A stretch of DNA of 64,000 bases, from positions 2,430 through 66,429 of IMG/VR virus record IMGVR_UViG_3300036781_000806. One strand, written 5' to 3'. The notes under the pieces were generated by a model. It did not search any database and was not told where the DNA came from. It saw only the letters and a list, made by a program, of their open reading frames with translations. Made by a program: the position numbers and the translations under genes. Source of the stretch: a virus. Shown here in pieces: positions 58,046-64,000 of the stretch; the first letter of the stretch is position 1; each line of letters starts with the position of its first letter.

Positions 58046-58255
58046 TCAGCAGCCGTGTTCCTTCTGGTGTTGGTGGAGCGCCCCGAAAGATCTCTCTTTC
58101 AGGCCGACGAGTTGTTCAAGTTCCTTGTCGAGTTGCTGGATTGCTCGGAGGTTGTTCGCTTTGTTCGCATCGAGCATTTTCTGAGTGATGGAAATGATTT
58201 GGCTGAGGGCATCGGTCGCGGACTTCGACAGGCGATCTCGTTCTTGGCAGTGCAT
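58046..58255 (-). CDS. Small CxE...HxxxHGC protein
   Basis: MHCQERDRL...HQKEHGC. Confidence 0.6.
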   Translation of the reverse strand: MHCQERDRLSKSATDALSQIISITQKMLDANKANNLRAIQQLDKELEQLVGLKERSFGALHQHQKEHGC

Positions 58256-58367
58256 CCATACGAGGATCGCACACGGGGAAATGGGTGCTGCGCTCGGAGA
58301 AGTGCACAGCAACCTCCGCCGATCCATAAACTTCTGGACAGTCACTCAATTCCACAATTAGGTCCCT

Positions 58368-58401
58368 AAGAGTACTGCATCAACAAGAGTACTGCATCAA
58401 C
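58368..58401 (+). repeat. 17-bp perfect tandem duplication
   Basis: AAGAGTACTGCATCAAC x2. Confidence 0.9.
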
Positions 58402-58645
58402 TTCCCAGCCCCGAAGAGGGGAATTGAATGCCGCCCGTTCACAGCGTTATGCTCTGTGTGGGAGTGCGACACGATCCCATCGGAGGGCGGGTTGCACTCC
58501 TGGACTCGCTGGCCAACGAGTGCGACCACCTCGTTACCTTAAAGGGAACGATCCAGTACGGTGAGACGCCAGAAATCAGGTAACGAACCTGGACGACCGA
58601 GTTTCGGTATCCTTTAATGCGCGGGGGGACGGCCCTGGAGTTTAC

Positions 58646-58671
58646 AAGCAGACCGCGCTATCGGTCTGCTT
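58646..58671. terminator. Hairpin, possible terminator
   Basis: AAGCAGACCG-CGCTAT-CGGTCTGCTT. Confidence 0.5.
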
Positions 58672-58825
58672 ATTGCTTCCGTTCGCGTTCCTCCGCGCTC
58701 AACTCTACTGCACAGTGCTGACCATCGACAAGGCCTTACTAATCAGGCGGTCGTCATCTGGATTGGGTGTAGGCACGCAAAACGGAAGCCCGGAACTGGC
58801 CCAAGGCACGCTACTCTTCTTTACG

Positions 58826-59165
58826 CTTAGTGCTGAGCGCAGGTGTATAGGCTTAGTGCTCAGTTAGTGCTGAGGGGGGTCCCCCCGAGCCGTCGCTCGA
58901 CGGCACCCCTCTATGAGTCCGGGAGACTCAGATGTTGCTTGTAAAGCGGTTCGACGGGCCTCAGAGTGCGATTGGCGCGGATTCCGTAAAGTCGCTTTTT
59001 TGCGCCCTCCGGAAGATCGAGTAGCTTAGAAGGCTGATGCTCTATCCACCTGAGCTACGCGCCCGCAAATGACGTCGAACGCCCGTCGTTACGTGTTTCC
59101 ATGATAGCAGCGGTGTCTTCCACAACCGTCGCTTCCCGGGCTCTTCGTGCTGAGTGAGTGCTGAA
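58826..59165 (+). repeat. Direct repeats (T)TAGTGCTGAG-like, putative integrase arm sites
   Basis: Copies at 58826-37, 58852-63, 58864-74, 59143-54 and 59155-65. Confidence 0.6.
59023..59064 (-). pseudogene. 5' half of tRNA-Arg(UCU), truncated just after the anticodon loop (att-like)
   Basis: GGGCGCGTAGCTCAGGTGGATAGAGCATCAGCCTTCTAAGCT, then non-tRNA sequence; no T-arm follows. Confidence 0.85.
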
Positions 59166-59172
59166 AAAACGC

Positions 59173-59265
59173 TCAAGCGCGCCGGCTACCGGAGGCGCGG
59201 ACCGCGAACGCTAGAGCTGCCAGTCCGAGTCCGCAAAGCGTAAAGCTTCCCGGCTCCGGAGTCGA
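59173..59265 (-). pseudogene. Orphan PEP-CTERM sorting-signal remnant
   Basis: TPEPGSFTLCGLGLAALAFAVR..RR* without a credible upstream domain. Confidence 0.55.
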
Positions 59266-59490
59266 GAGTGGCGGAAGATCGGCGATACCCTCGATACGTC
59301 GGTGCCCAAGGCGCCTACCAGTGTTGCGGCTGCGCTGAATGTCGACGGCGGCGGCGCTTGACGGTTTAGACCTCAGATCTCCCTGTGGAGCCCACCGGCC
59401 CTTCGTCGAATGGTGGCAATCGCTAAACATTTCTTTCCGTCCTGTGCTCCCCTCCTGCATAATGGTACTGTTGCTAAATCGGGAGGACGG

Positions 59491-60090
59491 ATGAAGCCAA
59501 CTGCTCGCAGTTGCGCCTGCGCGGTCGTCTTGCTGTTGATCAATCTGCTCCAGGCAACCGCCTCGGGCCAGGACGCCGCGCAAGCCAAACTGAATATCGT
59601 CATTGTTGAAGGCGAAGGCGCGATTAATAACGTGAAGGATCGCGTGAATCGCGAGCCTATCGTTCAAATCGAAGACGAAAATCACAAACCGGTGGCCGGA
59701 GCGGCCGTGATTTTCTTCCTGCCGAATTCCGGCGCCAGCGGAGTCTTCTCGAACGGCACCAAGACCCTCACCCTGACTTCCGATGCCCAGGGACGCGCCG
59801 CCGCCCTCGGCATCAAGAGGAATAACGTTTCCGGGCAAATGCAGATTCGCGTAACCGCCTCCGCCTCCGGAGCCACTGCCAGCGCCGTGATCACGCAGAC
59901 CAACGTCGCGGCCACTTCTTCAGCCGGCCTCAGCACTACGGCCAAGGTCCTGATCATTGCCGGACTCGCGGGAGGCGCGATCGCCGGCGGCATCATCGCC
60001 ACGCGCGGCGGATCGAGCCCCGGTTCCACTCCGCCCCCGCCTTCGATCACCATTACCGCGGGAACTCCCAGTGTAGGAGCGCCGAAATGA
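59491..60090 (+). CDS. Host secreted/membrane protein with Ig-like domain
   Basis: Signal peptide, V...DE...PV.GA.V.F...SD.QGRA, C-terminal TM; GGGAGG SD. Confidence 0.75.
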   Translation: MKPTARSCACAVVLLLINLLQATASGQDAAQAKLNIVIVEGEGAINNVKDRVNREPIVQIEDENHKPVAGAAVIFFLPNSGASGVFSNGTKTLTLTSDAQGRAAALGIKRNNVSGQMQIRVTASASGATASAVITQTNVAATSSAGLSTTAKVLIIAGLAGGAIAGGIIATRGGSSPGSTPPPPSITITAGTPSVGAPK

Positions 60091-61028
60091 CGCGCCTGAC
60101 GGCGGTACTCGCTTTGACGGCCTGCACGGGCGCTTTCGGGCAAGTGGCGGCGCCCTTGTTCGGCTATCTCCCGGACGGAGCGCATCTGCGTCCGGTGTAC
60201 GGCATCGCGGCTTCGGCGTCTATCGGCGCGGCGGCGGATTTTGGGCGGGATTTCTCGCGGATTGCGGTTTCTCCCCGGCAGGATTTTGCGGTGGTGGCGG
60301 CGGCGGATACCGGCGCGGTCTTCGTCGCGTCGCCCACCGGCGCGATGGCGGCGATTCGCGGCGCGGATCCGAATCCGGACCGCATTTTCCTGAGCCCGCG
60401 AGGATCGGCGGCGCTGTTGTGGTCGGCGTCCAGCGGGCGGCTTCAATTCGTCACCGGCTTCTCCGGGTCGCTCTCCGTCCGCAATGCCGATGCCACGTTT
60501 CTGAAGACGCTGCCGCACGCCTTCGCCGTGAGCGACGATGGGCAGTTCGCCGCCGCGGCCTTTGGAAACGACGTCTGGCTCTTCGGCCCGCAAGGACAAG
60601 CCACGCTGCTGCCTTCGCCGGAGCGCGCGCAATCGCTGGCGTTCTTCGGCGGCCGCTCGGATTTGGCCATCGCCACGGCCACTCATATTTTCTCGATCAA
60701 AGATGTCGGTGGACAGCCCGCGGTCTCCACGTTGTATGAAGGACCGGAGATGGCTCCCTTGGGCGTCGGGATTTCGGCGGACAATCAGCGGCTGGTCGCC
60801 GTGGACATCTCCGGCAGCTTGCTTTCGCTGGACCTTTCGTCCGGCTCCTCGGCCAAGTTCGATTGCGGATGCTTCCCCGAAGGCTTGTTCTCGATGGGAC
60901 GCTCTGTGTTCCGGTTCACCGGCTTGCAGGGCGCCGTGTTCAAGGTCTTTGACGCATCCACCGGCGAGATCTTCTTTGTGCCGCTGGCGCAAGCCTCCGT
61001 CGATTCCGCTTCGGGAGGCCAGAAGTGA
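60087..61028 (+). CDS. Host secreted beta-propeller-like protein
   Basis: Signal peptide; repeated A.SP.G/AVS.DG. Confidence 0.65.
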   Translation: MTRLTAVLALTACTGAFGQVAAPLFGYLPDGAHLRPVYGIAASASIGAAADFGRDFSRIAVSPRQDFAVVAAADTGAVFVASPTGAMAAIRGADPNPDRIFLSPRGSAALLWSASSGRLQFVTGFSGSLSVRNADATFLKTLPHAFAVSDDGQFAAAAFGNDVWLFGPQGQATLLPSPERAQSLAFFGGRSDLAIATATHIFSIKDVGGQPAVSTLYEGPEMAPLGVGISADNQRLVAVDISGSLLSLDLSSGSSAKFDCGCFPEGLFSMGRSVFRFTGLQGAVFKVFDASTGEIFFVPLAQASVDSASGGQK

Positions 61029-64000
61029 GCGCGCGCAAAGTGGTCCTCCTTCTGCTGTTGCTGGCCGCGGCTACGGCGGCCTTCGGTCAGTCCGTCACCA
61101 TTACCACCACCTCGCCGTTGCCGGACGGCTATCTGAACTTGTCTTACGGCATTCCGCCCGGATTCCAGGGACTTCAATTCACTGCCACCACCAATCCGAA
61201 TCCGCCCACCCCGCCCAACATCACTTGGAATATCGTGTCCGCCGCCGGCAGCAATGCGCCCCCCGGACTCTCCATGACCACCGGTGGTTTTCTCTCCGGC
61301 TCGCCCACCACCGCGGGCGATTTCAGTTTCCAGGTCCATGCGAACTGGCAAGGCTTCACCGACACCAAGACATTTACCATTCACGTCACGGTGCCGCAGG
61401 TCAAAGTAACGACCTCTTCGCCCATTCCCGATGGATTTTTGAACCAGCAGTACAGCTTTGCTCTTTCGGCGAGCTCCAACACTCCTATTGGAGTGACGTG
61501 GTCCGCTCCGCAGGGGATGCCTCCCGGGTTGTTCCTGAGCACCGCGGGGCTGGTCTTCGGGACTCCCACGCAGGGTGGCAATTTTTCGATCCCGGTCACG
61601 GCGTCGCTCACCGGGACCGAAGTGACGAACACCGCCACCATCGGCTTGACTATTTATGCAGGCCAAGTCTCCATCCTGACGCCCGCGGTTCTGCCCGTCG
61701 GCTCCATTACGCAGGGGTATCAGGTGCAGCTCATGGCGAATTACGCCGGCGTCACGTGGCAGCTTGCGGGCAGCAGTCTGCCCACCGGCATCAATCTCAA
61801 CACCACCACCGGCGTGGTCTCCGGTGGAACCAGCACGCCCGGGACGTACAAATTCGCGGTGCAGGCCAGCCTGCCGGGCTATCTCTCCGGCACCACCATC
61901 TTCACGCTCTATGTGACCAATGGCCCGCTGACGATTCTCGAAACCACCTTGCCCATCGCCATCCAGAACCAGCGCTATCAAACCTCGCTGACGCCGCAGG
62001 GCGGCCTCGCGCCGTTTTCGTGGTCTTTGGCTACCAATACGCTGAGCCTGACGATCGACCCCGTGACCGGCATCATCAGCGGGACTCCCACCGTCACTCC
62101 GGGCAGCTACCCGTTGACCGTGATCCTCAGCGATGTCACCGGGACGCAGTTCCGCGCGCCGTACACCTTGTTCGTCTCCGGACCGCTGACCATCACCACC
62201 ACCAGCCTGCCGAACGCTACCGTGGGCTTGTCCTATGTGCAGCCGGCCACCTCGCAATTCCCCGGTCAGCCCGTGACGCTGTCGGCCACCGGCGGACAGC
62301 CGCCTTACACCTGGATCGCCCTGACCACCCCGGGACCGCTGCCTCCGGGCCTCGCGCTGGGCACCGATGGAGTGCTGCGCGGCACGCCCACCACCAACGG
62401 CGTGTATCCGATTCTGGTGCAAGTCACGGATTTCGGCAAGCGCGTGGCGCAGGCCACCCTGTCCATCACCGTGGGCGCGAACATCACGCTCAGCATCGGA
62501 CCCAATACGCTGCCGGACGGGAATCCTTCGGTCCTGTACCCGCCCAAGGCGGGAGGTGGAGTGCAACTCACCGCCGTCGGAGGCACGCCTCCTTATGTTT
62601 TCGCCGTCAACCAAGCCAACTTGCCTCTGGGGCTCTCGCTCTCTTCGAGCGGCCTGCTAAGCGGTACTCCCGTGGGACCGCCGCAGGCTCCCCTGGGCAC
62701 CAGCACGTTCACCGTGACAGTGCACGATTCGTCGTCCGTCGCCCTGCCTCTTACGGGGCAGAAGACGTACACGTTGAACATCACTCTGCCCCTCAACATC
62801 AGTACCACTTCGATTCCCAATGGAACGGTGGGCGTGGCGTATCCGCAGACCACGATTCAGGTGAACGGCGGCCAGCCTCCCTACAACTACACGGTGGCAT
62901 CCGGCACACTGCCCGCAGGCATCAATCTCGATTCCAGCGCCGGTACGCTGACCGGCAAGCCCACGGGTCCGGCGCAGGTTTCTACGTTCACGATTCTGGT
63001 GCAGGACGCGGGCGGACAATCCGCGCAGCAGCAGTACAGCATTACTGTATCCGCGGGCACCGCGCCCCCGGTGATTTCGAACGGAGATGCGTCCGGAACA
63101 GTCGGTACTCCGTTCTCCGTAACGCTGGCCGCGACGGGCGGCACTTCCCCGTACACCTTCGCCCTGACCAGCGGCACGCCGCAGGCGGGACTCGCCTTCG
63201 CCAACGGCGTTCTCAGCGGAACTCCCTCAGCGGCCGGCTCCGCGGCGCTCACGTTCAGCGTGACCGATGCCCAGAAGCAGACGGCTTCGAAGACCATCAA
63301 CGTCATCATCAACCTGCCGCCTCCGCCTCCCGTCACCTTAACAACCACTTCCAACAGTCCGGCCGCGCAGCCCACCATTGCTCTCACGTTGAGCAGCGCG
63401 TATCCGGTGGATATCAACGGAACGCTCACTCTGACGTTCCAGTCCAGCGTGGGCGGCAATCCGACGGAAGTCCAATTCGTCACTTCTTCCGGCGCGAGCT
63501 CCACCGTGAACTTCACCATTCCCAAGGGACAACTCACGGCGCCCACCTATCAGATCGCCACCGGAACCGTCGCGGGAACCATCGCCGTCACCGCGAAGTT
63601 CGTAGCCGCGGGCGTGGACGTGACGCCGACCCCGGCGCCCGTGCAACTGATCCAGATCAAGCCGGCCGCTCCCGTGATCACGAAAGTGACATTCACCAAC
63701 ACCAACGGAGTCGTCACCGTGACGGTGAACGGCTACTCGACCACACGCGAAGTGGTCAGCGGAGACTTTGTCTTCTCAGTCTCCAGCGGCAACACCGTGA
63801 CGAATGGCGGCGATGTCTCCGTGCCGCTGACGTCCGCGTTTACGACCTGGTACGGAAGCACGGCGTCGAACCCGTTCGGAGGCCAGTTCGGGCTCACGAT
63901 TCCGTTTAACGTGGCCAACGGCACCTCGACTCAAGTCACATCCGTCAGTGTGAAATTGACCAACACCGTGGGAACGTCCGCGGCGGCGAGCCCCCAGTAG
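61025..64000 (+). CDS. Host putative Ig (He_PIG) repeat surface protein
   Basis: Signal peptide; many LP.G.VG..Y...L.A.GG..PY.W...LP.GL.L...G..SGTPT repeats. Confidence 0.9.
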   Translation: MSARKVVLLLLLLAAATAAFGQSVTITTTSPLPDGYLNLSYGIPPGFQGLQFTATTNPNPPTPPNITWNIVSAAGSNAPPGLSMTTGGFLSGSPTTAGDFSFQVHANWQGFTDTKTFTIHVTVPQVKVTTSSPIPDGFLNQQYSFALSASSNTPIGVTWSAPQGMPPGLFLSTAGLVFGTPTQGGNFSIPVTASLTGTEVTNTATIGLTIYAGQVSILTPAVLPVGSITQGYQVQLMANYAGVTWQLAGSSLPTGINLNTTTGVVSGGTSTPGTYKFAVQASLPGYLSGTTIFTLYVTNGPLTILETTLPIAIQNQRYQTSLTPQGGLAPFSWSLATNTLSLTIDPVTGIISGTPTVTPGSYPLTVILSDVTGTQFRAPYTLFVSGPLTITTTSLPNATVGLSYVQPATSQFPGQPVTLSATGGQPPYTWIALTTPGPLPPGLALGTDGVLRGTPTTNGVYPILVQVTDFGKRVAQATLSITVGANITLSIGPNTLPDGNPSVLYPPKAGGGVQLTAVGGTPPYVFAVNQANLPLGLSLSSSGLLSGTPVGPPQAPLGTSTFTVTVHDSSSVALPLTGQKTYTLNITLPLNISTTSIPNGTVGVAYPQTTIQVNGGQPPYNYTVASGTLPAGINLDSSAGTLTGKPTGPAQVSTFTILVQDAGGQSAQQQYSITVSAGTAPPVISNGDASGTVGTPFSVTLAATGGTSPYTFALTSGTPQAGLAFANGVLSGTPSAAGSAALTFSVTDAQKQTASKTINVIINLPPPPPVTLTTTSNSPAAQPTIALTLSSAYPVDINGTLTLTFQSSVGGNPTEVQFVTSSGASSTVNFTIPKGQLTAPTYQIATGTVAGTIAVTAKFVAAGVDVTPTPAPVQLIQIKPAAPVITKVTFTNTNGVVTVTVNGYSTTREVVSGDFVFSVSSGNTVTNGGDVSVPLTSAFTTWYGSTASNPFGGQFGLTIPFNVANGTSTQVTSVSVKLTNTVGTSAAASPQ

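Larger units (their letters stand above)
1..59165. mobile_element. Integrated prophage-like element (left end outside window) with two virion modules
   Basis: Continuous phage gene content. Ends at a tRNA-Arg fragment with att-like repeats, followed by higher-GC host-type genes. No integrase is visible in the window. Confidence 0.85.

Noticed and set aside
58368-58874. CRISPR array
   Set aside because: Repeats are short, few and lack regular unique spacers; no cas genes are present.
58400-59022. Group I intron interrupting tRNA-Arg
   Set aside because: No recognisable conserved intron core and no 3' tRNA half (T-arm/acceptor) found downstream on the minus strand.
60538-63909. Long alternative-frame ORFs (1123 aa plus strand; 609 and 436 aa minus strand)
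   Set aside because: Shadow ORFs of GC-rich host genes, Arg/His-rich with no recognisable motifs.

Overview
Positions ~1-59,170 are a large integrated phage-like element. Positions ~59,400-64,000 are higher-GC host genes (secreted Ig-repeat proteins, Acidobacteria-like; the host call is inference). The element carries two divergently oriented, paralogous lambda-type virion assembly modules, each running terS-terL-gpW-portal-S49/scaffold-decoration-MCP-connectors-tail tube-G/GT chaperones-tape measure-Dit. The left module is on the minus strand (~15.5-32 kb) and the right on the plus strand (~37-55.6 kb). Each module has its own cosQ/cosN-like site and its own conserved -1 frameshift site, but only the left continues into tail-tip and receptor-binding genes. 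Both are punctuated by a T4-late-promoter-like TA(A/C)ATA motif, often 5-7 nt before a start codon, and the element encodes a T4 gp32-like SSB. The right accessory end holds an 8/4 allo-tRNA-like gene (UAU anticodon, Ser-type identity elements) and a 5' half tRNA-Arg(UCU) flanked on both sides by arm-site-like repeats. All family calls come from motif recognition by eye, not database searches.
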